Assembly (NCBI GenBank): GCA_943787435.1
Contig: CALSMK010000011.1
Coordinates: 3,813 to 67,812, forward strand
DNA from: an uncultured Flavobacteriales bacterium
GTDB taxonomy: Bacteria; Bacteroidota; Bacteroidia; Flavobacteriales_D; Sanyastnellaceae
Reading direction: 5' to 3'
DNA: 64,000 bases
The notes under the pieces are model-generated. The model was given only the letters and a program-made list of their open reading frames with translations, was not told the DNA's origin and ran no database searches. A program made the position numbers and the translations under genes. Every line of letters begins with the position of its first letter. Position 1 is the stretch's first letter. Below, piece after piece: positions 9,066-18,292 of the stretch.

Positions 9066-10583
9066 TTACCGGTCCGTTTTGGACCCATTCACCTTGACAA
9101 TGCGGCCAGCTTTGTACTGGCGAACCAACTGCACCAGTCCTGACTCATCGAAATATCGCCAATTGCCCTCTCTCTGGCCTCCCTTGTGGTCGCCAATCAC
9201 AGATCGCATGCCACTGAACCAATACCACTGGTGCTCTCCAGTTGGAACACCCGCCACAAACGCCCCCTTAAACCTCACCACACCATTGGGGCCATAATGC
9301 ACCCACAGGCCGTCCTGATCTCCATCCAAGTATTTGCCCTCTTTGCGGTCATCGTTCACATGTTCAACCCATGCCCCTTGTTTCAAACCGCGTTCATAGT
9401 CTCCCCTGGCCAAGGTGTCTCCATTCTGAGAGAGTTCGATAAACGCCCCCTCTTCTTTGCCTTTTCGGTAGCGCTCGTCCCGGTGCAGTTCACCCCCTGG
9501 ATAAAACCACTTCCATCGACCATGCCATTCCCCGGCACGGTATCCTCCTTGTTGCTCTAAACGTCCGTCCCGGTCAAAAAACTGCCATTCCCCTTCCTGC
9601 AATCCCTCGGCATATTCACCCTTTGCCCTCACACTTCCATCCTTCCAAAACAGTGTCCACGGTCCAGTGCGTCGACCAAACTCATCCAGCATGCCTGTAG
9701 CAGCAAGCGCTCCGTCGCGAAAAACCTTGACCTCAACAAGGTGGCCTTCCCGATCAAAATACCGGTGTGTACCCATGGGGGTATCGTTGCGCCAGGGGCC
9801 AACATTGGCCACTTCTCCATTGTCATGAAACGTCTGTCGAATGTCCAAGGCAATCGCTTCTGGCGCGTCTTCCACCAACTTTCCCAAATGATAGGTCATG
9901 GTCTTTTCCAGGTCTCCACGCCTTGAAAATTGTTTGAATACACCTTCTTTCAGTCCCCGCAGGTATGGTCCTTCCAAGCGAACCAGACCCGAAGGCCAAA
10001 ACGTCATCCACTTTCCTGTTTTTCTGCCCTGATCATCGTTTCGATTGATGTCCTCAACCCACCTCAACAAATCCCCACGATAACCCTTTCTGCGGATGAT
10101 TCTTCCCTTGCCTTCACCTTCAACTGCATAGTCTGTAGCAATCCCTTCTCGTTTGCCTTTTTGCCACGGAATGGTTTGAGTCTCGATTCCATTTTCATCG
10201 AAAGACTGCTCAACTCCGTCCAGCGTGTCCTGCTTCCAAGGCAAACACGCGCGCAACGTTCCTGTTGAATCCCATTTGAACTCGGTTCCTTGCTTCCTCC
10301 CTGATGCGTATGAAAGCGTTGTTTCCAATCGGCCTTTGGAATCAAAAAACACCCATTCTCCTTCCAGCTTCCCTCCCCTCCAATTGCCTTCACTTTTTCG
10401 CTTGGCGTCTGGATAAAAAGACCTCCAATAACCCGCTGGTTGACCATCCACCATGTATCCTTCGCTGCTCACCACACCCTCAGCATAGCGGTATTCGGTC
10501 CACGTTGAGTCTTGACCCATCAGCTGGCCAACACCCATCCACAAGATTCCCAATCCAACACAACGAAGACCCCAACTGGACAT
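9066..10583 (-). CDS. MORN-repeat-variant (YwqK-like) repeat protein, probably exported
   Basis: More than 15 repeats of the G.W..(F/Y)...G.....G.Y..G...G.W type. The ATG at 10583 gives a signal-like MSSWGLRCVGLGILWMGVGQLMGQ. The ORF track starts at GTG 10748, and the ATG at 10688 is also possible. Confidence 0.75.
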   Translation of the reverse strand: MSSWGLRCVGLGILWMGVGQLMGQDSTWTEYRYAEGVVSSEGYMVDGQPAGYWRSFYPDAKRKSEGNWRGGKLEGEWVFFDSKGRLETTLSYASGRKQGTEFKWDSTGTLRACLPWKQDTLDGVEQSFDENGIETQTIPWQKGKREGIATDYAVEGEGKGRIIRRKGYRGDLLRWVEDINRNDDQGRKTGKWMTFWPSGLVRLEGPYLRGLKEGVFKQFSRRGDLEKTMTYHLGKLVEDAPEAIALDIRQTFHDNGEVANVGPWRNDTPMGTHRYFDREGHLVEVKVFRDGALAATGMLDEFGRRTGPWTLFWKDGSVRAKGEYAEGLQEGEWQFFDRDGRLEQQGGYRAGEWHGRWKWFYPGGELHRDERYRKGKEEGAFIELSQNGDTLARGDYERGLKQGAWVEHVNDDRKEGKYLDGDQDGLWVHYGPNGVVRFKGAFVAGVPTGEHQWYWFSGMRSVIGDHKGGQREGNWRYFDESGLVQLVRQYKAGRIVKVNGSKTDR

Positions 10584-10776
10584 GGCTGCAAGTTGCCACA
10601 CCCAATCCAACGAATCAGACTTTGAATTCAGGTTTTTACCCTCACTATGTATTACTCTTTTTTTAAAGAAAAGATTAGTAGTAGTCATAGGGCTGTTGAT
10701 ACTGAGGATAAAGAATGAGCCAAAAGCTTGGAGGGCATCGCCATCCACAGTGAATGGTATTTCTTCAACGGAATAT

Positions 10777-11040
10777 TCACCAAGTCATCCTTTTTAAGGT
10801 CAAGGATTTAAAAGGGTTGTTCACACCAGATTTCATTTTGAGGATAACGTCACATTGTTGCAATCGATGGGTGGAGGTGGTGTTCAAATCCTCCAAAACA
10901 TCGTGAGGATGATTCTGAGAAAAGAGCCACAAAAGATGCCGGTTCTTGGCGTGAGTTTGATAAGCCGATAAGGGGACCACTTCTGCAAATTTTTTTATGT
11001 GTTGTTTACCCACAGCAAATCGTGCGAATTCACATTCCAT
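10777..11040 (-). CDS. hypothetical small protein (doubtful)
   Basis: An ORF in a lower-GC gap with no recognisable motif. The start was chosen at ATG 11040 to avoid overlap with rpiB. Confidence 0.2.
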   Translation of the reverse strand: MECEFARFAVGKQHIKKFAEVVPLSAYQTHAKNRHLLWLFSQNHPHDVLEDLNTTSTHRLQQCDVILKMKSGVNNPFKSLTLKRMTW

Positions 11041-11080
11041 TGTGCATTCCTGAGAAGGGCCTCTGGGTGAACTTGCAATC

Positions 11081-11509
11081 ATGCGGATACAACTGGCCAA
11101 TGACCATGCAGCAGGCGATTTACGATTGCACCTTCTCGCGTGGTTGAACGAAAATGGACATGAAGTGGTGGACCATGGAACTCCCGATGGTGCAAGCGTG
11201 GATTACCCGGATCACGCACACCCCCTGGCGGTTGCGGTGCACACCAATGGGGACTTCGGAATCTTGATTTGTGGGTCGGCAAATGGTGTAGCCATGACGG
11301 CAAACAAACATCAGGGTGTGCGTGCGGCCATTGCTTGGAGACCGGACATAGCTCGATTGGCCAGACAGCACAACGATGCAAATGTGCTGTGTTTACCTGC
11401 GAGGTACATTGCCACTTCTGATGCCCTTGATTGTGTATCTGAGTTCTTAAACACCCCTTTTGAAGGCGGCCGTCACGGCCGTCGGGTCGAAAAAATTGCA
11501 TGTTCATGA
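11081..11509 (+). CDS. rpiB: ribose 5-phosphate isomerase B
   Basis: 142 aa. ILICGSANGVAMTANK and NVLCLPARY match RpiB/LacA family motifs. Confidence 0.9.
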   Translation: MRIQLANDHAAGDLRLHLLAWLNENGHEVVDHGTPDGASVDYPDHAHPLAVAVHTNGDFGILICGSANGVAMTANKHQGVRAAIAWRPDIARLARQHNDANVLCLPARYIATSDALDCVSEFLNTPFEGGRHGRRVEKIACS

Positions 11510-13047
11510 AGCATTTTCATCTCCTCCTAATGGCGGCCTTTTTGGGTTCATCTTGGATCGGTTCAAGTCAGACTCTGCAACACACAAATCAGGGTGTGCA
11601 ATGGGCAGAAACCATCACCGCAGAAGACTTGAGTTCCCTGCTTTATGTCCTGGCTGCAGACAGCATGGAGGGCAGAGAGACTGGAAAAGAGGGCCAGCGC
11701 AAAGCCGCCGCTTTCATTGCCTCTCGATTTGAAGAGCTGGGATTGGAGCCTGTACAAGGGTCATACTTTCAAGAAGTTCCGCTGAAAACAAGCGCGTTAA
11801 AAGGAGGCTTGATCGGAATGAAAGGGGAAAACCTCCCTTATCGAGACCAGTGGATCCCCTACCCAGGTATCGAAGTTTCTTCCTTGCAAGGAGAGGCTGT
11901 TTTTGTGGGTTATGGCCTCCAAGACCCGAATTCGGGCTGGGATGATTACGCGGGCTTAGATGTTCAAGGCCAGGTGGTGGTGATGCTGTCCGATGTTCCT
12001 GAAGAAATGAGTGGAAAGGGACGAAGGGAGTTGGCTGACAGCTTGGGTGCAGTGGCTGTGGTGATGGCAGTCAACGACTTTACAACGACGCGATCACGCA
12101 TGTTGCCTTGGCTGGAAAGAGAACGAATGAGGTTGGATGTAGACCGAGAGGGCGAGGGAACAGACATCCCGACAGTGTTGATGTCCATGGAGACTGTCTT
12201 GCGTTTGTCGGGCTGGAAGTCAGAAGAGTTTGTGGTCAAAAAGTGGCCAAAACGAAAGTTGAAAGGCACACAACTGGGTTCATTTGACTTGAATCTGGCG
12301 CGGGCAGACGAGAAAATCATGGCGACCAACGTCTGGGGCTTTCTTCCTGGGTCAGATTCCATCCTGAGTCAAGAGGTGGTTGTGTTGACCAGCCATTACG
12401 ACCATGTTGGCGTGGACAAGGAGGGCTTGATATACAATGGTGCCGATGACGATGGAAGTGGAACCGTGAGTCTGCTAGAAAACGCAGAAGCGTGGATGGC
12501 TGCAGCAGACAGCGGCGCAGGACCCAAGCGGTCCATCTTGTTCATTGCGTTTGTGGGTGAAGAAAAGGGGCTTCTGGGCTCAGAATGGTACAGCGATCAC
12601 CCAGCTTTCCCTTTGGAAGCCCACGTGTGCGACCTGAACATGGACATGGTCGGTCGGTTTGACGAGGCCCACAAGGACGACGATCGGTATGTGTATTTGA
12701 TTGGCGGTGACAAGCTGTCGAGTGAATTGCACGACATCAGTGAAGCGGTGAACGAAGGGCACATTGGGTTGGCGTTGGATTACACCTTCAATGCGCCAGA
12801 TGACCCGAATCGCTTTTATTATCGCAGTGACCACTACAACTTCGCGAAGCACAACATCCCTGTGATCTTCTATTTCAGTGGTGTCCACGAGGACTACCAC
12901 GGCCCAGGGGATACGCCCGACAAAATTCGCTACCCAAAAATGGCGGAAATCGGTCGCTTGGTATTTTTAACCTCCTGGGAGGTGGCCAACAGGGGTGCCA
13001 AGTTGGTGGTGGATCGGGTCAACGATTTTCCGTCAGACCGGCGTTGA
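11500..13047 (+). CDS. M28 family metallopeptidase with PA domain (secreted aminopeptidase)
   Basis: SHYDHVG...GADDDGSGTVSLLE...FVGEEKGLLGSEWY are M28 Zn-ligand blocks, preceded by the signal peptide MKHFHLLLMAAFLGSS. The ATG at 11506 is an alternative start. Confidence 0.85.
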   Translation: MFMKHFHLLLMAAFLGSSWIGSSQTLQHTNQGVQWAETITAEDLSSLLYVLAADSMEGRETGKEGQRKAAAFIASRFEELGLEPVQGSYFQEVPLKTSALKGGLIGMKGENLPYRDQWIPYPGIEVSSLQGEAVFVGYGLQDPNSGWDDYAGLDVQGQVVVMLSDVPEEMSGKGRRELADSLGAVAVVMAVNDFTTTRSRMLPWLERERMRLDVDREGEGTDIPTVLMSMETVLRLSGWKSEEFVVKKWPKRKLKGTQLGSFDLNLARADEKIMATNVWGFLPGSDSILSQEVVVLTSHYDHVGVDKEGLIYNGADDDGSGTVSLLENAEAWMAAADSGAGPKRSILFIAFVGEEKGLLGSEWYSDHPAFPLEAHVCDLNMDMVGRFDEAHKDDDRYVYLIGGDKLSSELHDISEAVNEGHIGLALDYTFNAPDDPNRFYYRSDHYNFAKHNIPVIFYFSGVHEDYHGPGDTPDKIRYPKMAEIGRLVFLTSWEVANRGAKLVVDRVNDFPSDRR

Positions 13048-14249
13048 TGGCCCGATTGAATTTGGCCACTTCTACCTCGTAAGCAGGGCCCGTGGCTGGT
13101 CCATTGAAGCCCGTGTGAATCCAGGGCTCTTGTTGGTTCTCGTTGATCACCACGGTGGTGGGAAAGCTGACGACCCTGTCGACAAAGGCCAATGAGTCCG
13201 CGGCCGCTTTTTTGGAGGCCGGGCCAGCAAGGACAAACGTCCACCGGTCGTCCCATCGATCCGCACCCATTTGTGAGGCGTAACGGTTCAGTCGATTCAA
13301 TGCTTTCTCGACACCGTCATCTTTGTCCAGTCCCCGTTCAAACGCCAGGGTGTGAACCTTCAAATCCGGGTGGCGATTCATGAGCTGGACGAGAAGCCGA
13401 TGCTCATCCATGCAGTTGGGGCACCAAGACCCCATGATGCTCAAGATGTGGGTCCCTGTTGCAGAGGTCTGCATTCCATTGGGCTGGGGAGCCATCTAAG
13501 TTGATGCCAGTATATGAGGCCATTTCACCGGTCCAGCTGGCTTCTTTACCCTCAGACAAGGGAGAATCATTTTCCAATAGAACGGCTCCGGTAAAGGAGG
13601 TTGCATAATGGTTTCCGCTTAGGAACACGCCATCCGTAAGGGTGCCGTCGGGCATGGATGTTGCCGAAAATCGGAACAAGTGCGCGCCGTCAAAAGTCTG
13701 CATGATCAGCCCGGCGGAGTCAGACAATTGTCCATGAAGGAACCGGAAGTCACCGGTAGCAGTGGATATGCTACCAAAAACTTGTCCATCAGAGGTTTGA
13801 TGGACAGTGAGGTCACCAAACCAAGGGTCGTCGACCCCAAAGGTGAGCCTCCATGAAAGGGTGTTGGCATGGGGCTTCATATCGGCAGGCCCAGGGGTTG
13901 ATTCCCACGCAACCGGTACTGCATAATGGCCAGGTCTCAGAACGTCATGCCACTCCCCCACTTGCCCGTTCATGCAGATGGTCCCTTCAAAAATTGGAAC
14001 CGTCCAGCATCCATCTTCAGCACCAGAGGACTGAAGGTGGATGCTTTCAGTGCCGTTGTTCAGGGTCCAAGTGGAGTCTGTTTTCGTTCCGGGTATGCGG
14101 ACATCCACACTGTCGGATAAGGCGAAAACAAGGACCCCAGCTGTTCCGCTGTTCCGCTGTTCCGTTGGCCCTACCGAGCAAGAATACAGGCCAAATCCCG
14201 CCGCCAAACAAAAGACGTTGAGGGCCTGACGCGCGGTGCCTTTGAGCAT
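13019..14249 (-). pseudogene. TlpA-family thiol-disulfide oxidoreductase lipoprotein, split by a 1-nt frameshift near 13440-13460
   Basis: The upstream frame (14249..13404) has lipoprotein signal MLKGTARQALNVFCLAAGFGLYSC and ends ...YTGINLDGSPAQWNADLCNRDPHLEHHG*. The +1 frame (13495..13019) continues ...TGTHILSIMGSWCPNCMDEH... Intact flavobacterial homologues as I recall them have one continuous chain across this junction. Confidence 0.6.
14141..14164. repeat. perfect 8-nt x3 tandem repeat (ctgttccg)3 inside the 5' end of the TlpA-like gene
   Basis: Read directly: 14141-14148, 14149-14156 and 14157-14164 are identical. It encodes TEQRNSGT just after the lipobox Cys. Confidence 0.9.
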
Positions 14250-15781
14250 CAAAAATCGAACTTGATGCCCTGAGCAAGAGGCAGTTCTGTGCTGTAATTG
14301 ATGGTGTTGGTCTGACGGCGCATATAGCTTTTCCAAGCATCGCTTCCGGACTCCCGGCCCCCACCTGTTTCTTTTTCGCCTCCGAACGCACCACCGATTT
14401 CGGCTCCACTGGTGCCAATGTTGACATTGGCGATTCCACAATCGCTTCCAGCTGCAGACAAAAAGAGTTCTGCGCTTCTGAGGCTGGTGGTCATGATGGC
14501 TGACGAAAGGCCTTGAACCACCCCATTTTGCATGGCAATGGCCTCATCAAGTGTGTCGTATTTCATCACGTACAGAATGGGCGCAAAGGTCTCGTGCTGA
14601 ACGATAGCCATGTCATTGGTGGCCTCTGCAATGGCGGGCTTAACGTAGCAGCCGGACTCATATCCGGGCCCTTCGAGTACGCCCCCTTCAACCAAGACCT
14701 TTCCACCCTGCTCCACAACGGACTTCAAGGCCTGTTCGTACATGCCGACGGCGTCCTTGTCAATGAGGGGTCCAACGTGGTTGTTCTCGTCAAGAGGGTC
14801 ACCGATCCGAAGCTGGCTGTATGCGCTGGTCAAGGCCTCAACCACTTGATCGTAGATGCTGCTATGGATGATCAAGCGCCGTGTGGATGTGCAGCGTTGA
14901 CCGCATGTTCCAACGGCCCCGAATACAGTGCCTGGAACCACCATTTTTAATTCGGCATCTGGCTCAACAATGATGGCGTTGTTGCCACCCAATTCGAGCA
15001 GGCTCTTGCCCAGTCGCGCGGCAACGGCTTGGGCCACAATCTTGCCCATGCGAATGGAACCAGTGGCGGAAACCATGGCCACTCGCTTGTCTTGGGTCAT
15101 CATTTCTCCCACTTGATAGTCTCCCTGAATGATGCAGGAAAGACCTGCGGGAACATGGTCCATGTCGGCGGTGACTTCGTTCCAGATGTTCTGGCAGGCC
15201 ACAGCAGTCAACGGTGTCTTCTCAGAGGGCTTCCAAATGCAAGCGTTGCCGCAAACCCAGGCCAATGCAGTGTTCCAGTTCCAGACTGCGACAGGGAAAT
15301 TGAAGGCGCTGATGATGCCGACTACCCCGAGCGGGTGCCACTGCTCGTACATGCGGTGTCCAGGACGCTCAGAGTGCATGGTGAGGCCATAAAGCTGACG
15401 AGAAAGCCCCACGGCGAAGTCGCAGATGTCAATCATTTCTTGGACTTCGCCAAGTCCTTCTTGAAGGCTTTTGCCCATTTCATAAGAAACCAGGGCTCCC
15501 AGGGCGTCTTTGTGATGGCGAAGGGCTTCTCCATAGAGTCGCACAACCTCTCCACGCAATGGCGCAGGTACTGTTCGCCATTCTTTTCCGGCCTCTGTGG
15601 CTGCGGCAATGGCCTTTTCATAATCTGCGGCAGAGCAAATTCCTGTGGCGCCTATGGTTTGACCGTCGGCAGGGCTCAGGCTAGAAATGGTGGCTCCGAT
15701 GGAGGCGGAAGAAGCTCCAATTTGGACTCCAGGGTTTTCGGCTTGGATGCCGAGTTGATCGAGGTGGGCCTTCATGTTCAT
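14249..15781 (-). CDS. aldehyde dehydrogenase, ALDH7-like (alpha-aminoadipic/piperideine-6-carboxylate semialdehyde dehydrogenase type)
   Basis: 510 aa. The motifs WHPLGVVGIISAFNFPVAVWNWN, IWKPSEKTPL, ELGGNNA and GQRCTSTRR are present. The stop shares 1 nt with the next start (TGATG at 14247-14251). Confidence 0.88.
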   Translation of the reverse strand: MNMKAHLDQLGIQAENPGVQIGASSASIGATISSLSPADGQTIGATGICSAADYEKAIAAATEAGKEWRTVPAPLRGEVVRLYGEALRHHKDALGALVSYEMGKSLQEGLGEVQEMIDICDFAVGLSRQLYGLTMHSERPGHRMYEQWHPLGVVGIISAFNFPVAVWNWNTALAWVCGNACIWKPSEKTPLTAVACQNIWNEVTADMDHVPAGLSCIIQGDYQVGEMMTQDKRVAMVSATGSIRMGKIVAQAVAARLGKSLLELGGNNAIIVEPDAELKMVVPGTVFGAVGTCGQRCTSTRRLIIHSSIYDQVVEALTSAYSQLRIGDPLDENNHVGPLIDKDAVGMYEQALKSVVEQGGKVLVEGGVLEGPGYESGCYVKPAIAEATNDMAIVQHETFAPILYVMKYDTLDEAIAMQNGVVQGLSSAIMTTSLRSAELFLSAAGSDCGIANVNIGTSGAEIGGAFGGEKETGGGRESGSDAWKSYMRRQTNTINYSTELPLAQGIKFDF

Positions 15782-15943
15782 GGCGGGCTGGTTTGCGCCG
15801 CGAAGATAAAGGCTCGCGTCTCGGTGAGGTTTGTGTTTAGTTGGTTGATTTACAGCGGTTTAGGTAAATCAAACTTCTTTGGGAAGTTGACCCCATGGTG
15901 CTCGGAGGGGAGAAGTGGGCTCTACGGGGCTGTGAGGGCTTTT

Positions 15944-15965
15944 GGGGATGTTCCACGTGGAACGT
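15944..15965. repeat. 22-nt palindromic element, copy 1 (GGGGATGTTCCACGTGGAACGT), 3 nt downstream of the mnmG stop
   Basis: Read directly. The core GTTCCACGTGGAAC is a perfect 14-bp palindrome. The element is identical to the copy at 17832-17853. Confidence 0.9.
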
Positions 15966-15968
15966 GCT

Positions 15969-17831
15969 TTACCGGCCCAAGTAAATCATGAGAACGGCAA
16001 GGTCAGATGCTGAGACTCCGCTGATTTTTTTTGCATCACCGAATGTCTCTGGTTTGGCTTCTTCCAGTTTTTGTCGTGACTCCATACTGAGAGAGGTGAG
16101 GCGCATGTACTCGAGATCCTTGGGGATTGTGAGGTGGTCCATCGCCTTCATTCGGTCGGCTTGTGCCTGTTCTTTCTCAATGTATCCCCGGTATTTGATT
16201 TTTGTCTCAACCAGTGCGAGCCATGATTGTGGATGCCCGTCGCAAACCTCGGTGAGTTCGGGGCTGCTTGAAATGAGTGAGTCTAGGTTGACGTGTGGCC
16301 TGCTGAGTATTTGTGACCACCGTGTTTTTTGTTTCAGGGCAGAGCTGCCTGATGCTTTAAGTGTGGGATTGACGTTTTCTGGGTCGGCTGAGTGTTTCTC
16401 CAGGTGGTTGGATATGGTGTTCACTGTGGTTTGTTTCAGTTGGAAGGCTTTCCAGTCTTCGGATCGAACGAGTCCCAGTTTGTTGGCCAGTGGTGTTAGT
16501 CTTTGGTCTGCGTTGTCTTGTCGCAGTAAGATTCGGTACTCTGCCCTGCTGGTGAACATTCTGTAGGGTTCATCTGTGCCTTTGGTGACCAGGTCGTCAA
16601 TCAGCACGCCGATGTAGGCTTCATCGCGTTGAAGGGTCAGCGGTTCTTTGTTGTGGTTGGCCAAGTGGGCGTTGATTCCTGCCATGAGGCCTTGGCATGC
16701 GGCTTCTTCATAGCCTGTTGTTCCGTTGATTTGTCCTGCGAAATAAAGATTGGGCAATGCTTTTGTCTCGAGGGTGTGTCTGAGCTGTGTGGGTGGGAAG
16801 TAGTCGTATTCGACAGCATATCCTGGACGGAACATGCGGGCGTGTTCAAGGCCTGGAATTTTGCGCATGGCCGCCAGTTGGGCTTCTTTGGGGAGAGATG
16901 TCGAAAATCCATTGAGGTAGGTCTCTACTGTGGAGCGGCCTTCTGGTTCGATGAAAATCTGGTGCCTGTCCTTGTCTGCAAACCTGTGAATCTTGTCTTC
17001 GATGCTTGGGCAGTATCGTGGGCCTTTGCCCGTGATGGCGCCGGAGAACAGGGGGCTGGAATGAAGGCTCTCGGCGAGGATGTTGTGAACTTCAGGGTTG
17101 GTATAGGTGATGTGGCAGGGGAGCTGGGGCTCAATGTTTGCTTTCTCATAGTAGCTGAACGCCTCTGTAGTGGGTTCACCTGCTTGTGTTTCGGTCTTGC
17201 TGAAGTCTATGCTTCTTCCGTCAATCCTTGGGGGGGTCCCAGTCTTCATTCTTCCCGAGATGAGGCCGTTTTCAGCCAGTTGGGCAGTGATGCCTTCTGC
17301 TGCGCGCTCTCCTGATCGTCCGCCTTGGAATTGCTGTTTGCCTAAGTGGATTCTGCCCTGCAGAAAGGTGCCTGAGGTGAGGATTGTTCGTTTTGCGCGG
17401 ATTTCAATGCCGAGTTGCGTGGTGACGCCATGTACCTTGTTCTGCTCGATGATGAGCCCTGTAACCATGTCTTGCCACAGGTGGATGTTGGGGTGCGCCT
17501 CGAGGGTGGATCGCCAGCATTGAGAGAATGCGTGTCGGTCGTTTTGAGTTCTTGGGGACCACATCGCAGGCCCTTTGGATCGATTGAGCATTCGGAATTG
17601 AACGGCGCTTCTGTCAGAGATCCTCCCGCTCATGCCACCGAGTGCGTCGATTTCTCGAAGGATCTGGCCTTTGGCAACGCCACCCATGGCTGGGTTGCAG
17701 CTCATGGCGCCGATTGTGGTCAGATTCATACTCACCAGGAGCACTTTGCTTCCTAGCGTTGCGGCGGCATGTGCGGCTTCATTGCCGGCGTGGCCGCCGC
17801 CAACCACCAGGATGTCATAGGATTCAAGCAT
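15969..17831 (-). CDS. mnmG: tRNA uridine-5-carboxymethylaminomethyl(34) synthesis enzyme MnmG (GidA)
   Basis: 620 aa. [16 protein letters not shown] is the FAD motif, SCNPAMGG is present, and similarity as I recognise it runs the full length. Confidence 0.97.
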   Translation of the reverse strand: MLESYDILVVGGGHAGNEAAHAAATLGSKVLLVSMNLTTIGAMSCNPAMGGVAKGQILREIDALGGMSGRISDRSAVQFRMLNRSKGPAMWSPRTQNDRHAFSQCWRSTLEAHPNIHLWQDMVTGLIIEQNKVHGVTTQLGIEIRAKRTILTSGTFLQGRIHLGKQQFQGGRSGERAAEGITAQLAENGLISGRMKTGTPPRIDGRSIDFSKTETQAGEPTTEAFSYYEKANIEPQLPCHITYTNPEVHNILAESLHSSPLFSGAITGKGPRYCPSIEDKIHRFADKDRHQIFIEPEGRSTVETYLNGFSTSLPKEAQLAAMRKIPGLEHARMFRPGYAVEYDYFPPTQLRHTLETKALPNLYFAGQINGTTGYEEAACQGLMAGINAHLANHNKEPLTLQRDEAYIGVLIDDLVTKGTDEPYRMFTSRAEYRILLRQDNADQRLTPLANKLGLVRSEDWKAFQLKQTTVNTISNHLEKHSADPENVNPTLKASGSSALKQKTRWSQILSRPHVNLDSLISSSPELTEVCDGHPQSWLALVETKIKYRGYIEKEQAQADRMKAMDHLTIPKDLEYMRLTSLSMESRQKLEEAKPETFGDAKKISGVSASDLAVLMIYLGR

Positions 17832-17853
17832 GGGGATGTTCCACGTGGAACGT
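17832..17853. repeat. 22-nt palindromic element, copy 2, filling the 23-nt ybeY-mnmG spacer
   Basis: Identical 22-mer. It starts 1 nt after the mnmG ATG (17831) and ends 1 nt before the ybeY stop (17855). Confidence 0.9.
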
Positions 17854-17854
17854 T

Positions 17855-18292
17855 TTAGTCAAGAAAGGATCGGCGGGACAACCATTGGTCCTCCTTCTTG
17901 CGCATGTTTTCTTTGTTGGATTCGGAGTCATCGTTGTATCCGATGAGGTGCAGAGCGCCGTGAGCCATGACCCTGTGAAGTTCGTCTAATGGTCTGTTAT
18001 TCAGGAGTTTGGCGTTGTCTCGTGTCCTGTCGATAGAGATGAGGATGTCGCCAGATATTCCTTGCCCTGACGGCATAGGGAAGGTCAGGATGTCCGTGTA
18101 ATAGCTGTGGTCCAGGTGCGCCTCGTTCATGGATAGAACGTAGTCGTCTGTGCTGAACATGTAGTTGAGTTGCTCGATACGTGTGCCTTCTTCTTGCACG
18201 CATGCTGAGAGCCAATCGCGGATTGCGTTTCGGTGGCGCAGGCGAAAGGGGGTGAGGTGAAAAAGAAAGGAAATGTCTCCTGAATTCGTCAC
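17855..18292 (-). CDS. ybeY: rRNA maturation RNase YbeY
   Basis: The [12 protein letters not shown] zinc motif is present. The GTG start overlaps the upstream stop (GTGA). Confidence 0.9.
   Translation of the reverse strand: MTNSGDISFLFHLTPFRLRHRNAIRDWLSACVQEEGTRIEQLNYMFSTDDYVLSMNEAHLDHSYYTDILTFPMPSGQGISGDILISIDRTRDNAKLLNNRPLDELHRVMAHGALHLIGYNDDSESNKENMRKKEDQWLSRRSFLD

Noticed and set aside
14250-14441. N-terminal extension of the TlpA-like ORF (MWNRQCQHW...) overlapping the ALDH7 gene
   Set aside because: The Arg/Trp/Cys/His-rich stretch lies inside the ALDH7 coding region. The lipoprotein signal begins exactly at ATG 14249, with a TGATG junction.
15029-15991. 320-aa + strand ORF across the ALDH7 gene and the intergenic palindrome
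   Set aside because: It is antisense to a strongly supported aldehyde dehydrogenase and has no recognisable domain.
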